A DNA stretch of 64,000 bases from Candidatus Omnitrophota bacterium (lineage in GTDB: Bacteria > Omnitrophota > Gorgyraeia > S143-82), in the NCBI GenBank assembly GCA_015494465.1, contig WGBD01000011.1:3553-67552 (forward strand), given 5' to 3'. Below, in pieces: positions 30,306 through 40,848 of this stretch. Under the pieces are notes generated by a model. The model did no database searches and was not told the origin of the DNA. It was given only the letters and a program-made list of their open reading frames with translations. Every line of letters begins with the position of its first letter. Within the stretch, counting starts at the first letter, position 1. The translations under genes were made by a program, and so were the position numbers.

Positions 30306-31342
30306 AAGCACCTCATCCCCTTCTTCTTCCTGCACTCTTGTCCGCACTTGTAACATATCTCGTTCTTGAGATATCCCCCTTCAAAGAATTCCCTGAGGTT
30401 CTCAAGGGTCACCCGGGCGATGTTCCTTAAGGCGTCAGAGGTAAAGAAGGCCTGATGGGAGGTAACTATCACATTGGGGAATGTCAGGAGGCGCGCCAGG
30501 ACATCGTCGGTGATTATCTCACCGGACTTGTCCTCGAAGAAGTACTCGGTCTCTTCCTCGTAGACATCCAACCCCGCATATCCTATCTTACCGCTCTTCA
30601 ATCCCTCTATCAGGGCCCGGGTGTCTATCAGGCGTCCCCTACCGGTGTTGATTATCATTACGCCCGGCTTCATCTTGGCAATGGCATCCCGATCTATCAT
30701 GTGCTCGTTTTCCTTGGTGAGAGGGCAATGCAGGGATATGACATCGGAGTTGGCGTACAGCGTATCCAGATCCACATACCTGACCCCGAACGCCTTGGCG
30801 AATTCCTCGTCGGGATAAGGATCGTAAGCGAGCACCTCCATGCCCATACCCCGCAGTATAGAGATCACCGCCTTGCCTATCTTCCCGGTGCCAATTATCC
30901 CTGCGGTCCTGCCGTGCATGTCAAACCCGAGCAGGCCGTTCAGGGAGAAGTTCCCCTCCCGGGTGCGCAGGTAGGCCTTGTGTATCTTGCGGTTCAGACA
31001 GAGCATAAGGGCGACGGTGTGCTCTGCAACCGCATAGGGCGAATAGTCCGGGACCCTGACCACATGGATCCTGCCGTAAGCGGACTTGAAATCCACATTG
31101 TTGTACCCCGCACACCTCAAGGCGATCACCTTTACCCCCAACTCGTAGAGGGCATCTATTACCTCAGCGGAGAGGTCGTCGTTAACGAAGGCGCACACCG
31201 CAGGAAACCCCTTGCACAGACCAACGGTGCGGGGATTCAGGCGGGCTTCAAAGTAAACGATGTCAAAACCAAACCTCTGGTTTTCCTCTTCGAAGAAGCG
31301 GCGATCGTAGGGCTTGGTGTCAAAGAAGGCCACCCTTTCCAT
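30302..31342 (-). CDS. D-isomer-specific 2-hydroxyacid dehydrogenase (D-lactate dehydrogenase-like) with a Cys-rich C-terminal tail
   Basis: 346 aa. NAD-binding motif GIIGTGKIGKAV and the catalytic His/Glu/Arg pattern of the D-2-HDH family. The last 20 aa, NEICYKCGQECRKKKGMRCF, carry four Cys. Confidence 0.8.
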   Translation of the reverse strand: MERVAFFDTKPYDRRFFEEENQRFGFDIVYFEARLNPRTVGLCKGFPAVCAFVNDDLSAEVIDALYELGVKVIALRCAGYNNVDFKSAYGRIHVVRVPDYSPYAVAEHTVALMLCLNRKIHKAYLRTREGNFSLNGLLGFDMHGRTAGIIGTGKIGKAVISILRGMGMEVLAYDPYPDEEFAKAFGVRYVDLDTLYANSDVISLHCPLTKENEHMIDRDAIAKMKPGVMIINTGRGRLIDTRALIEGLKSGKIGYAGLDVYEEETEYFFEDKSGEIITDDVLARLLTFPNVIVTSHQAFFTSDALRNIARVTLENLREFFEGGYLKNEICYKCGQECRKKKGMRCF

Positions 31343-32492
31343 ACCTACCTCCCTCGTCCAACATCCTCTTTATCTCGTAAACCACGCGATCCACATCATC
31401 ATCCAAGAGGCGCACATCCGAGGGCAGACAGATACAGCGCTCCACCAGATCCAGAGACTTGCCCCTCCCAAAGTAAGGCGCACCCAGATAGGGTGCCTGA
31501 AGGTGGTTTGCCATCCACAGGGGGCGGCTCTGTATCCCCCGGGCGTTGAGTCCTTTCAGAAGGTAATCCCGCACCTGCCGGGCACGAGGAAACTCTAACC
31601 GCAATACATTCAACCAATAGTTGGCCTGCCCCCGTTTCGGCCTGACCAGCTTAAGGGAGCCCTCTCCCCGCAGGGCTGAGGAATACCAGCGATGGATGGT
31701 CCTCTTCTTCTTTAGGTGCTCGGGCAGGTACCCCAACTGGGAGAGGCCTAGGCCTGCCTGCAGGGCAGACATACGATAGTTGTATCCCACCTCTCCGTGG
31801 AGGTAATAGAGGGGATCGTCCTTCGCCTGGGTCCCGAGGTGCCTGGCCCGGGAATAGACCTTGCGCCGATTGGTCAGGAGCATCCCACCTGCTCCGGTGG
31901 TGATTATCTTGTTCCCGTTAAAACTCAGGATCCCGACATCACCGAAGGTACCCAACGATACACCGTTCAACTTGCTACCCAAGGCCTCTGCGGAATCTTC
32001 GATCAGAACGAGATTGTTCTCCGCACACACCGACTTCAGTGCGTTCACATCTGCGGGATTGCCCATCACATGGGTAACCAACACCGCCTTAACCGGTCGC
32101 CCTTCAAAGGTCAATCGCTTCCCCCTCCGCCCGCAGGCCTTGGAGATGAACCTCTTCACCCAAGCGACGGACATATTGAGATCGTCGTCCGCATCTACAA
32201 ACACGGGCAGCGCTCCAACATAGGAGACGGCATTGACGGTGGCTATAAAGGTTATGTCAGGGACCAGCACCACATCCCCCCTGCCTATCCCCACCGAGAG
32301 CAATGCCAGATGCAGGGCAGAGGTCCCGCTGGCGGTGGCAAAGGCATAACGCACGCCGGTATAGGATGCCACCTGCCTTTCGAATTCCTCCACTGCAGGA
32401 CCGAGCGCAGACACCCATTCCGACAGGAGAATATCCTTCAGGACCTCAACCGCATCAGGGTAGATAACCGGATCGTTTAACCTGAGCCTCAC
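31320..32492 (-). CDS. DegT/DnrJ/EryC1/StrS-family PLP-dependent sugar aminotransferase (GnnB-like candidate)
   Basis: 390 aa. ATASGTSALHLAL, a PLP-lysine in SFNGNKIITTGAGGMLL, and LIEDSAEALG. Confidence 0.8.
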   Translation of the reverse strand: MRLRLNDPVIYPDAVEVLKDILLSEWVSALGPAVEEFERQVASYTGVRYAFATASGTSALHLALLSVGIGRGDVVLVPDITFIATVNAVSYVGALPVFVDADDDLNMSVAWVKRFISKACGRRGKRLTFEGRPVKAVLVTHVMGNPADVNALKSVCAENNLVLIEDSAEALGSKLNGVSLGTFGDVGILSFNGNKIITTGAGGMLLTNRRKVYSRARHLGTQAKDDPLYYLHGEVGYNYRMSALQAGLGLSQLGYLPEHLKKKRTIHRWYSSALRGEGSLKLVRPKRGQANYWLNVLRLEFPRARQVRDYLLKGLNARGIQSRPLWMANHLQAPYLGAPYFGRGKSLDLVERCICLPSDVRLLDDDVDRVVYEIKRMLDEGGRYGKGGLL

Positions 32493-33145
32493 CCTTTCGC
32501 CTCCATCCTTTCCAAGGCCATTCTCGCCGCCGAGGTCTCGGCAGTCTTGCGATTCGTACCCTTACCTACCGCAACGAGTTTACCGTTTATGAAGACACCT
32601 ACCTCGAACTCCGGACGATGCCTTGGCCCCTTCACCCCCAGGACGGAGTACTTAGGGGAGGCATTCCCCTTGGCCTGGGAGAGCAGTTGCAATCTCTCCT
32701 TTGGACCCAGCACATCCTCAGGGGTAAGGGCCTCTATCACCCCTGTCCAGAGACGCTCTATAAGACGGTAGGCCGAAGGGAGCCCACCGTCCAGATAAAC
32801 CGCTCCCACTATCGCCTCCATCGCATCCGCCAGCACCTTTGCGGAAGTCGCCTCGGAGCGTATTAGCACATAACGGGACAGGTCAACTACCTCTGCCACC
32901 TCCCGCAAGACCTTGCGGGAGACCAGGTAGGACTTGAGACGCGTGAGCACGCCCTCGTGGGCCCTGGAGAGATAACGGAACAGGTAATCAGATATAACCA
33001 ACCCCAATACGCTGTCTCCCAAGAACTCCAGACGCTGGAAGTTTGCCTTGGGATCCGCGCTGGGGTGGACCAGTGCCAGACGCAGGAGGTCCGGATCCCG
33101 AAAGCGATAACCCAGATTATCCTGCAACCTGCCGAGATCCCTCAT
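32489..33145 (-). CDS. rnc: Ribonuclease III
   Basis: 218 aa. RNase III signature ERLEFLGDSVLG and a C-terminal dsRBD. Confidence 0.92.
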   Translation of the reverse strand: MRDLGRLQDNLGYRFRDPDLLRLALVHPSADPKANFQRLEFLGDSVLGLVISDYLFRYLSRAHEGVLTRLKSYLVSRKVLREVAEVVDLSRYVLIRSEATSAKVLADAMEAIVGAVYLDGGLPSAYRLIERLWTGVIEALTPEDVLGPKERLQLLSQAKGNASPKYSVLGVKGPRHRPEFEVGVFINGKLVAVGKGTNRKTAETSAARMALERMEAKG

Positions 33146-34473
33146 AGCAGTTCCGCTGCCATAGAGGCCACATCACTGCGTTCGCTCTTGGTGAGCACGA
33201 CATGGCCAAACAGTTCCTGTCCCTTGAGTCGTTCTACGCAATAGGTAAGCCCGTTGCTGTAATAGTCCAGATAAGGGCTGTCTATCTGATAGGGATCTCC
33301 GGTGAGGATTATCTTGCTCTTCTCCCCAACCCGGGAGATGATGGTCTTGACCTCGTGGGGCGAGAGGTTCTGGGCCTCGTCTATGAGGATGTACTGGGAA
33401 GGTATGCTTCTCCCCCGCATGTAGGTTAGGGCCTCTATCTCTATGATGCCCTCCTCTATGAACCTCTCCACATCCATCCGGCTGAATTCCTTGCGCCTGC
33501 CCTTCTGCCCCCGGCTGGTCAGGATGAACTCCAGATTGTCGTATATCGGCCCCATCCAGTTAGAGAGTTTCTCCTCCTTACTGCCCGGCAGGTAACCAAT
33601 ATCCTTGCCCAGAGGCATAACCGGACGGGAGATAAGTATCCGGGTATAGACCTCCTCGTCTATCACCTTGTGCAATCCCGCTGCGAGCGCCAGGAGGGTC
33701 TTGCCCGTACCTGCGGCACCGACGAGGGTGACCAGTTTTATGCTGTCGTCCAACAGCAGGTGCAGGGCCATCACCTGCTCTTTATTGCGCGGTTTTATGG
33801 ACCAGACCGCACCGGAGCGGTTGGTTAGGGGGACGATCTTCTTCTGAGAGGCCTTGTAGATGGCCAGACCCGAATGGGCGGGGTTCTCCTTTTCCCTTAT
33901 CAGAAAAAATTCGTTGGCGTAGGCAGAGAAACCGTCCTCCACCGGCAGGGCCCCTTTGGTGAAGAGGTTCTCCATATCCTCTGCGGACAGGTACAGTTCC
34001 CTCCAGCCGGGATAGAGTTCGGTGGTCTCTATCTTGCCCGCGACATAATCCTCTGCCCTTATCCCAAAGGCATTGGCCTTGACGCGCAGGTTTATGTCCT
34101 TGGTGATGAATATAACCTCCACTTCGGGATCTGCCTTCTGCAGGAGGTAGACGGTCATAAGCATGCGGTTGTCAGGCGTGTCAGGTGAGATGCCGAGATC
34201 CTGATGTGCGCGGGTCAGGTCCAGGAAAGATGGGATCTTCAGGAGACCGCCGTTCTCCAGAGGGACCCCTTTGCTGAAGTCGCCTTCCTTGCGCAAGGCA
34301 TCCAAAGTGCGTATGATTTGCCGAGCGTTTCGTCCTAATTCGTCGTCCACGCGCTTGAACTTGTCCAATTCTTCAAGGACCTCTATCGGGATTATCACCT
34401 CATTTTCCCCAAAAGAGAATATCGCATTGGAGGCGTGCAGGAGCACATTGGTATCCAGGACGAACCGCTTCAT
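33142..34473 (-). CDS. PhoH2-type protein (N-terminal PIN domain fused to a PhoH-like ATPase)
   Basis: Start MKRFVLDTNVLLHASNAIFSF is a PIN fold. It is followed by the P-loop VTLVGAAGTGKTLLALA. The ATG at 34473 is one nt after the hisF stop. The ORF-track extension overlaps hisF. Confidence 0.85.
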   Translation of the reverse strand: MKRFVLDTNVLLHASNAIFSFGENEVIIPIEVLEELDKFKRVDDELGRNARQIIRTLDALRKEGDFSKGVPLENGGLLKIPSFLDLTRAHQDLGISPDTPDNRMLMTVYLLQKADPEVEVIFITKDINLRVKANAFGIRAEDYVAGKIETTELYPGWRELYLSAEDMENLFTKGALPVEDGFSAYANEFFLIREKENPAHSGLAIYKASQKKIVPLTNRSGAVWSIKPRNKEQVMALHLLLDDSIKLVTLVGAAGTGKTLLALAAGLHKVIDEEVYTRILISRPVMPLGKDIGYLPGSKEEKLSNWMGPIYDNLEFILTSRGQKGRRKEFSRMDVERFIEEGIIEIEALTYMRGRSIPSQYILIDEAQNLSPHEVKTIISRVGEKSKIILTGDPYQIDSPYLDYYSNGLTYCVERLKGQELFGHVVLTKSERSDVASMAAELL

Positions 34474-34474
34474 T

Positions 34475-35248
34475 TCAGGCCCTCCCTTCTGGCATAAGGC
34501 GAACCGGGATCCCACGGGAACTCAGATACTCCTTGACCTCGGGTATAGTGAACTGGCGAAAGTGAAAGACCGAGGCAGCGAGCACCGCATCCGCCCCAGC
34601 GATGAGCACCTCGTAAAAGTGCTCCATCTTCCCTGCCCCACCGGATGCGATGACCGGCACATCCACCACCGATGCTACCTTTGCGGTCAACTCCACATCG
34701 TAGCCCCGTTTCGTCCCGTCCGCATCCATACTCGTCAGCAGGATCTCGCCGGCCCCAAGATCGCAAACCCGCTTTGCCCATTCTATAGCATCCAATCCGG
34801 TATCCTTTCTACCCCCCTCAACGAATACATTCCAGCGCCCCATCTCTACCCTGCGGGCATCTATCGCCACCACTATGCACTGACTTCCAAACTTCCTCGC
34901 TCCCTCCTTTATCAGGTTCGGGTTCCTGACTGCAGAGGTGTTTATGGAGACCTTGTCCGCACCCGCTAAAAGGAGCTCCCGAATGTCCTCGATAGTGCGG
35001 ATCCCACCCCCCACCGTAAGGGGCATAAACACGCTCTCCGCAGTCCTGCGGACCACATCTATCATTATTCCCCTCTTCTCGTAACTGGCGGTGATGTCCA
35101 GAAAGACCAGTTCGTCTGCCCCCTGCTCCTCGTACACCTTTGCATTCTCCACCGGATCGCCTGCGTCTATCAGGTTGACGAAGTTCACTCCCTTGACGAC
35201 CCGCCCTGCCTTTACATCCAGACACGGTATTATCCGTTTCGCCAGCAC
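34475..35248 (-). CDS. hisF: Imidazole glycerol phosphate synthase cyclase subunit
   Basis: 257 aa. [23 protein letters not shown] is the canonical HisF N-terminus. Confidence 0.93.
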   Translation of the reverse strand: MLAKRIIPCLDVKAGRVVKGVNFVNLIDAGDPVENAKVYEEQGADELVFLDITASYEKRGIMIDVVRRTAESVFMPLTVGGGIRTIEDIRELLLAGADKVSINTSAVRNPNLIKEGARKFGSQCIVVAIDARRVEMGRWNVFVEGGRKDTGLDAIEWAKRVCDLGAGEILLTSMDADGTKRGYDVELTAKVASVVDVPVIASGGAGKMEHFYEVLIAGADAVLAASVFHFRQFTIPEVKEYLSSRGIPVRLMPEGRA

Positions 35249-36369
35249 TATATCCCCTCCAGTATTACACGGGCAGCGGTCTGACTGGCCTGACCGGAAA
35301 AGAGACTATCCGACAACCTTCCCAGTTCCCTGCTCACGAACTCGTACCGCTCTCTGTCCTTAAGGATCTCTTTTGAGACCTTCAAGAGATCCTCGGGAGT
35401 GAATCCTTTCTGGATCAACTCCGGTACCAGTGTCCCACCGTAGAGTATGTTAACCATGGAGATGTGTTTGACCCTGACCGCCCACCTCAAGAGGTAATAG
35501 GTCATTGGCGAGACCTTGTACACCACCACCATCGGTTTGCGGTAGTACATCGTCTCCACGGTTGCGGTACCCGATGCCACCCAGACCAGATCTGCACCCG
35601 CAAGGGAACTGCCGTGATCCTCTGGCTCGATCAAAACCGCCCCCGAGGACTCCACAAACGGGCTGTACATAAACCTCTCCAGCGTGGGTGCGCGGTGGAT
35701 CCCCGCCTTTACTCCCCTCCCCCATCTACTCAAGGCCTCCAGCATAACTGGAAGGTGCCTTTCCAATTCCTGCCTGCGGGATCCGGGGAGGAGCGCAAGG
35801 TAGACCTCCTCCTGCCCCAGACCCAGTCTCCTGCGAAATCCTCTGTCCACCCTCCTGTCCCTCAACACCTCCCCCAGCGGATGCCCAACGAATCGGGCCT
35901 TTATACCGTACCTGGCGTAAAACTCCACCTCAAACGGGAATATAACCAGGATCTCGTCCATCATCCTCATGTACTTTACCCGACCTCTACCCCAGGCCCA
36001 CAACTGGGGGGAAATGTAATATACGAACTTGGTGTTCTTCAGCTTAGGACGAAGCTCCCTCGCCAGCCTCAGATTGAACCCGGGGTAATCCACGAACACG
36101 AGGGCAGACGGCCTCGTCTCAAGTATGTGCTCTTTCACCGTGCGGTAGAGATAGTGAAACTCGTCGTAGTGCTGGAGCACCTCCCAAATACCGACCACTG
36201 CCAGACCGGTGGGATCGGCGATCACCTTTGCCCCTGCTCGATAGCACTCCTTCCCCCCCATCGCGTAGATCTCAAGCGACGGATCGAGCCGATAAAGGGC
36301 AGATATCAACCTCCCGGCGTAGGCATCACCCGAGGCCTCACCGCAGAGCAAGAACAGACGCCTTCCCAT
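35248..36369 (-). CDS. lpxB: Lipid-A-disaccharide synthase
   Basis: 373 aa GT19. N-terminus [21 protein letters not shown] aligns with the E. coli LpxB N-terminus. Confidence 0.88.
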   Translation of the reverse strand: MGRRLFLLCGEASGDAYAGRLISALYRLDPSLEIYAMGGKECYRAGAKVIADPTGLAVVGIWEVLQHYDEFHYLYRTVKEHILETRPSALVFVDYPGFNLRLARELRPKLKNTKFVYYISPQLWAWGRGRVKYMRMMDEILVIFPFEVEFYARYGIKARFVGHPLGEVLRDRRVDRGFRRRLGLGQEEVYLALLPGSRRQELERHLPVMLEALSRWGRGVKAGIHRAPTLERFMYSPFVESSGAVLIEPEDHGSSLAGADLVWVASGTATVETMYYRKPMVVVYKVSPMTYYLLRWAVRVKHISMVNILYGGTLVPELIQKGFTPEDLLKVSKEILKDRERYEFVSRELGRLSDSLFSGQASQTAARVILEGI

Positions 36370-37321
36370 AACCGAAACGCTTGCGAATTATCCGTGAACG
36401 CGTCTTCTTTATGGCCTTGTTTACGCGCTCTGCCACCTTCAGGGCCAGAAGGCCCTCCACACCGGAAACCGGGGGATTCGTTCCCGTATGTATCGCCTTC
36501 ACGAAGGCCTTTATCTCCTCTTTGAGGGGCTCACTGCGGGTGGGTTGCAACACCCGCTTTTCGAGACTGCCTCTGTTGAGCACGAACAACTCCACCTGCT
36601 GTTCTATGTAATCTATAGAGACATAGGCCCCGGGGAAGAACATCCTGATCTTCCTCACCGTCTCGTCGCTCACCCTGCTGGCGGTGATGTCGCATATAGT
36701 CCCGTTCTTGAAGGTGATGCGGGCGTTGGCTATGTCGTCTTTACCGGTCAGGACCGGGGCCCCTACTGCCTCCACCCGCTTTAGGGCATAGGGGATAAAC
36801 CAGAGACATATGTCTATGTCGTGGATCATAAGGTCCATCACCACGCTCACGTCGGTGGCCCGATTAGGGAACGGACTGAGTCTGTGACACTCTACGAATA
36901 TCGGAGCGGAAGGGACCATCTCCCGCAACATCTGCATGGCGGAGTTAAACCGCTCCACATGGCCCACTTGGAGGATCACCCCCCTCCTCTTGGCGAGTCT
37001 AAACAGCCTCTTGGCAAGGGACAATGAACCGGTAAAGGGTTTCTCTATAAGACAGTGCCTGCCCATCTCTATCGCCTCCCTCGCGACCTCGTAATGGGAG
37101 GTCGTGGGCACCACTATACTCACTGCTGATACCTCTGAGAGGAGGGCCTGCATAGTGGGGAAGGTCTTCACGCCCAGTTGCCTGCCAACCTCTATAGCCT
37201 TGTCCACATTTATGTCGTAAACCCCGACGAGCTCCACCTCCTCCAGCTCGGAATATATCCTGGCGTGGACAGAGCCCAATCTACCAACCCCTATAACGCC
37301 TACTTTTAACTTATCCTTCAT
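36338..37321 (-). CDS. Gfo/Idh/MocA-family NAD(P)-dependent oxidoreductase (GnnA-like candidate)
   Basis: 327 aa. [23 protein letters not shown] is a Rossmann N-terminus, with a GFO_IDH_MocA C-terminal domain. The 3' end overlaps the lpxB start by 32 nt. Confidence 0.78.
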   Translation of the reverse strand: MKDKLKVGVIGVGRLGSVHARIYSELEEVELVGVYDINVDKAIEVGRQLGVKTFPTMQALLSEVSAVSIVVPTTSHYEVAREAIEMGRHCLIEKPFTGSLSLAKRLFRLAKRRGVILQVGHVERFNSAMQMLREMVPSAPIFVECHRLSPFPNRATDVSVVMDLMIHDIDICLWFIPYALKRVEAVGAPVLTGKDDIANARITFKNGTICDITASRVSDETVRKIRMFFPGAYVSIDYIEQQVELFVLNRGSLEKRVLQPTRSEPLKEEIKAFVKAIHTGTNPPVSGVEGLLALKVAERVNKAIKKTRSRIIRKRFGYGKASVLALR

Positions 37322-38919
37322 CGTTTTGAGGCCTTCAATGCCTGACGGATGAGTCCCTTAAACAAGGGATGGGCCTTGTCAGGCTTGGACTTGAACTCGG
37401 GGTGGAACTGCACCGCTATGAAGTAGGGATGATCCTCCAATTCCACTATCTCCACTAGATCCTTCAGGGGATAGACGCCGGATACCACCAGTCCCCGGGA
37501 GGTAAGCAGGTTCCTATAGTCGTTGTTGAACTCGTAACGGTGCCGGTGGCGCTCACTGACCTCCTCCCTCCCGTAAAGCCTGTAGGCGAGGGTGCCCCTG
37601 GCTATCCGGCAGGGATAGGCACCCAGACGCATCGTCCCGCCCAGTTGCTGGATAGCCTTCTGCTCTTCCAACAAGCTGATCACCGGATATTCGGTCTCAG
37701 GGTCGAACTCAGTGGAGTTGGCGGAGGTCAGCCCGCAGACATTCCTTGCGAACTCTACCACTGCTGCCTGCATCCCCAGACAGATCCCCAAAAATGGCAC
37801 CTTTCTCTCCCGGGCATACCTTATCGCTACCACCTTACCCTCAAATCCCCTCTGGCCAAATCCCCCTGGTACCAGTATCCCGTCTGCGGAATCAAGTATA
37901 GAGGTGTCTTCCAGGAGCTTTTCCGAATCCACCTTTATTATCTCCACCCTGCTGTCGTTGGCGATCGCCCCGTGGCGCAGGGCCTCGTAGATGGACTTAT
38001 AGGCGTCCTGCAGTTCAATGTACTTGCCGACCACCGCTATCCTTACCGAACGCTTGGCCCGCTTCCACTTGTTGACCACCTTCTCTTCCCAGTCGGAGAG
38101 GTCTGCGGAAGGGGCGGGAATGCGGAGTTTGTGCAGGATTATCTCGTCCAGTGCCTGCTGTTTAAACACGAGAGGTATCTCGTAGATGTCGTCTACATCT
38201 ATCGCCTGGATAACCGCGTTCTCCTCCACATTGCAAAACAAGGCTATCTTGCGGATTATCGCCTGAGAGAACCTGCGCTCCGTCCTGCAGAGAAGGATGT
38301 CGGGCTGGATACCTATCTCCCTCAGTTTGCCCACACTGTGCTGGGTGGGCTTGGTCTTCAACTCACCTGCCGCCTTGATGTAGGGCACAAGGGTGAGGTG
38401 TACATTTATGGCGTTGTGGGCACCCACCTCAAGCCGAAGTTGGCGGATTGCCTCCAGAAACGGGAGGCTTTCTATGTCTCCCACCGTCCCGCCTATCTCC
38501 ACGATAACTATGTCCAGGTGCCTGCCCTTGCTCACCTGTTTGATGTTCTGCTTTATCTCGTCGGTAACATGGGGTATCACTTGTACGGTTGCACCTAGGT
38601 ATTCGCCCTTGCGCTCCTTGGTGATGATGGAGTAATAGATCTTGCCGGTGGTGATGTTGTTGAGCCGACTGGCGCGCATGGAGGTAAACCTCTCGTAGTG
38701 GCCCAGATCCAGATCCGTTTCTGCGCCGTCGTCGGTAACATACACCTCGCCGTGCTGATAGGGATTCATCGTGCCGGGATCCACATTGATGTAAGGGTCG
38801 CACTTCACTATAGCCACCTTAAGCCCCCGGGCCTCCAATAGTTTCCCAATGGAGGCACAGGCCACCCCCTTCCCCAGACTGGAAACGACGCCCCCGGTCA
38901 CGAATATGTACTTAGGCAT
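37318..38919 (-). CDS. pyrG: CTP synthase
   Basis: True start [19 protein letters not shown] at 38919. C-terminal class I glutamine amidotransferase domain. The ORF-track N-terminal extension overlaps kdsB. Confidence 0.93.
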   Translation of the reverse strand: MPKYIFVTGGVVSSLGKGVACASIGKLLEARGLKVAIVKCDPYINVDPGTMNPYQHGEVYVTDDGAETDLDLGHYERFTSMRASRLNNITTGKIYYSIITKERKGEYLGATVQVIPHVTDEIKQNIKQVSKGRHLDIVIVEIGGTVGDIESLPFLEAIRQLRLEVGAHNAINVHLTLVPYIKAAGELKTKPTQHSVGKLREIGIQPDILLCRTERRFSQAIIRKIALFCNVEENAVIQAIDVDDIYEIPLVFKQQALDEIILHKLRIPAPSADLSDWEEKVVNKWKRAKRSVRIAVVGKYIELQDAYKSIYEALRHGAIANDSRVEIIKVDSEKLLEDTSILDSADGILVPGGFGQRGFEGKVVAIRYARERKVPFLGICLGMQAAVVEFARNVCGLTSANSTEFDPETEYPVISLLEEQKAIQQLGGTMRLGAYPCRIARGTLAYRLYGREEVSERHRHRYEFNNDYRNLLTSRGLVVSGVYPLKDLVEIVELEDHPYFIAVQFHPEFKSKPDKAHPLFKGLIRQALKASKR

Positions 38920-39646
38920 GACGCTCCCCCAGTATCCTTTCCACGGTTTCCACATCGTCCGGGACATCCACTCCCCAGGATCTCTCCCGGGTATAAAACA
39001 TCTTTATCTTAACACCTCTCTCCAAGGCCCTCAACTGTTCCAACTTCTCGATGGACTCCAGTATCCCCGGAGGCCACTTTACGAAGGAGAGAAGAAACTG
39101 CCTATCGTAGCCGTATATCCCTATGTGCTGGTAGTAGTTAACGCCCTTTTCGGCCCTATCGTAGGGTATAGGTGAGCGCGAGAAGTACAGGGCAGTGCCA
39201 TCCGAGGCAAGGACCACCTTCACCACATTGGGATCCGTCGGATCGCCCTGGAGATCGGTGTACACGCTGGCCATAGTCGGGCGTTCCTCAAGCAGGAACC
39301 CCATAAATCCCCTCAACATCCCGGGATCGAGGGCGGGTTCGTCTGCCTGTAAGTTTACCACGAACCTCCCCTTCCGATCCCGCGCCACCTCTGCAACCCG
39401 ATCCGACCCGCTGGGGCAATCAGGAGAGGTCATCTTCACCCGGGCCCCAAACCCTTCACAGACCTTCCGCACCTCTTCGGAATCGGTGGCGATTACCACA
39501 TTATCCGCAGGCACCCCCGTATCCAGAGCGGATCGCCAGACCCACCAGACCATAGGCCGACCCAGGATGGGATAGATTACCTTCCCCGGGAACCTCGTAG
39601 AGGCGTATCGGGCAGGTATGACGATCAGGACATCCTCCAAACCCAT
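38912..39646 (-). CDS. kdsB: 3-deoxy-manno-octulosonate cytidylyltransferase (CMP-Kdo synthetase)
   Basis: Start [22 protein letters not shown] at 39646 with SD GGTGAGG. Lies in the conserved kdsB-pyrG arrangement. Confidence 0.88.
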   Translation of the reverse strand: MGLEDVLIVIPARYASTRFPGKVIYPILGRPMVWWVWRSALDTGVPADNVVIATDSEEVRKVCEGFGARVKMTSPDCPSGSDRVAEVARDRKGRFVVNLQADEPALDPGMLRGFMGFLLEERPTMASVYTDLQGDPTDPNVVKVVLASDGTALYFSRSPIPYDRAEKGVNYYQHIGIYGYDRQFLLSFVKWPPGILESIEKLEQLRALERGVKIKMFYTRERSWGVDVPDDVETVERILGERHA

Positions 39647-39650
39647 AACC

Positions 39651-40361
39651 TCACCCCACCGGCAAGTCCAACCCAAACCCTTCGATCATGGAAAATACCC
39701 TCTCGGGATCCGGTTCCTTGCGGATCAGACCTATCTCGTCGAGGATGCGCTCCATCGGGACCAGATCCAGATAACGCCGGTCCCTGGCCTCCTCTATCAG
39801 GCGCAGGCACCGATCGGAAAAGCGAAAGCCCAACCTCACACAGTACCTAGCCCCTCGCAGGATCCTTATGGGATCGTCGCAGAAACTGCGCTCGTGCAGG
39901 ACATCGAGTATCCCTTGGGCAAGGTCCTCTCTACCCCCGTAGAGGTCTATCGGTCCCGACGGATCTAACGCGCCATTGATCAACAGCCAGGCCATAGCGT
40001 TTATTCGGAAGTCTCTGCGGAACAGATCCTCCTCTATAGTGGCAGGGCTGATTACCGGACGGCTCGCACAGTGGGGGTAATGTTCCTTCCTTGCGGTGGC
40101 AAAGTCCACCCTGCCCACACCTTCAAACCAGACACTACAGGTTCGATAGTACTTGAAGACCCTCTTCTTCCTATCGGGAAAGTGGCGACTGGCAAAGTCC
40201 ACCGCATCCGCCTCCACCACCACATCTACATCAAAGGAATCCCTCCCCAAGAGGATGTCCCTCACCGCCCCACCGACGAGCCCGATCCGGACTCCGTCCT
40301 CTTCACCCAGACCGGAAAGGTAAGATAAAAACTCCTCAAGACTCCTCTGCATAGTGGGCAT
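39651..40361 (-). CDS. PolyA-polymerase/CCA-adding-enzyme family nucleotidyltransferase, head domain only (236 aa)
   Basis: GLVGGAVRDILLGRDSFDVDV matches the GGxVRD...DxD head motif, and RRDFRINAMA matches the RRDFTINA motif of tRNA nucleotidyltransferases. There is no HD or body/tail domain. Confidence 0.7.
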   Translation of the reverse strand: MPTMQRSLEEFLSYLSGLGEEDGVRIGLVGGAVRDILLGRDSFDVDVVVEADAVDFASRHFPDRKKRVFKYYRTCSVWFEGVGRVDFATARKEHYPHCASRPVISPATIEEDLFRRDFRINAMAWLLINGALDPSGPIDLYGGREDLAQGILDVLHERSFCDDPIRILRGARYCVRLGFRFSDRCLRLIEEARDRRYLDLVPMERILDEIGLIRKEPDPERVFSMIEGFGLDLPVG

Positions 40362-40842
40362 TTTCCCAAGATATCCGGAACGCAGCGTCTATCAAGCGCT
40401 GAGAGGCCTCGTAATCGGCGCGCATGGACTTGTTATAGAGGTACGATCCCTTGGCGTGGATCTTATAGGCCTTGTGGCAAAGATCACATATCTTCTGTGC
40501 CACCTCCCGGGCAGGGGCAAAGCGCTCCTTCGCGGATTTGCCCTTGTCTTTTAGGCACTCCAGAAAGACCTTGGAATCCTCGTTCACCAAGGTGAAGAAT
40601 TCCTCTAGTAGCCTGTCAGCCTCCTCAAGAAGGGCCTTTATGTCGGAACGCACCTGCTCGTCTATGTCCTTCTTTAGGGTAAACACCAGCGTCTTTTTCA
40701 ACAGGGCCAGGCCCAAGGTAGCCACATAGGCAGAGACACTGCCTCCACCCGGTACCGGATAATCGGAACTGATCTCATCTATAAAACCGCGCAGACTGAG
40801 AGATGTATAGTCCTTTAACTCCTTCCCCACTGATCCCTCCAT
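40336..40842 (-). CDS. Formiminotetrahydrofolate cyclodeaminase / methenyl-THF cyclohydrolase family protein (FTCD_C/FchA-like)
   Basis: 168 aa all-helical protein with the family signature SSDYPVPGGGSVSAYVATLG. Confidence 0.7.
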   Translation of the reverse strand: MEGSVGKELKDYTSLSLRGFIDEISSDYPVPGGGSVSAYVATLGLALLKKTLVFTLKKDIDEQVRSDIKALLEEADRLLEEFFTLVNEDSKVFLECLKDKGKSAKERFAPAREVAQKICDLCHKAYKIHAKGSYLYNKSMRADYEASQRLIDAAFRISWENAHYAEES

Positions 40843-40848
40843 TCTTTA

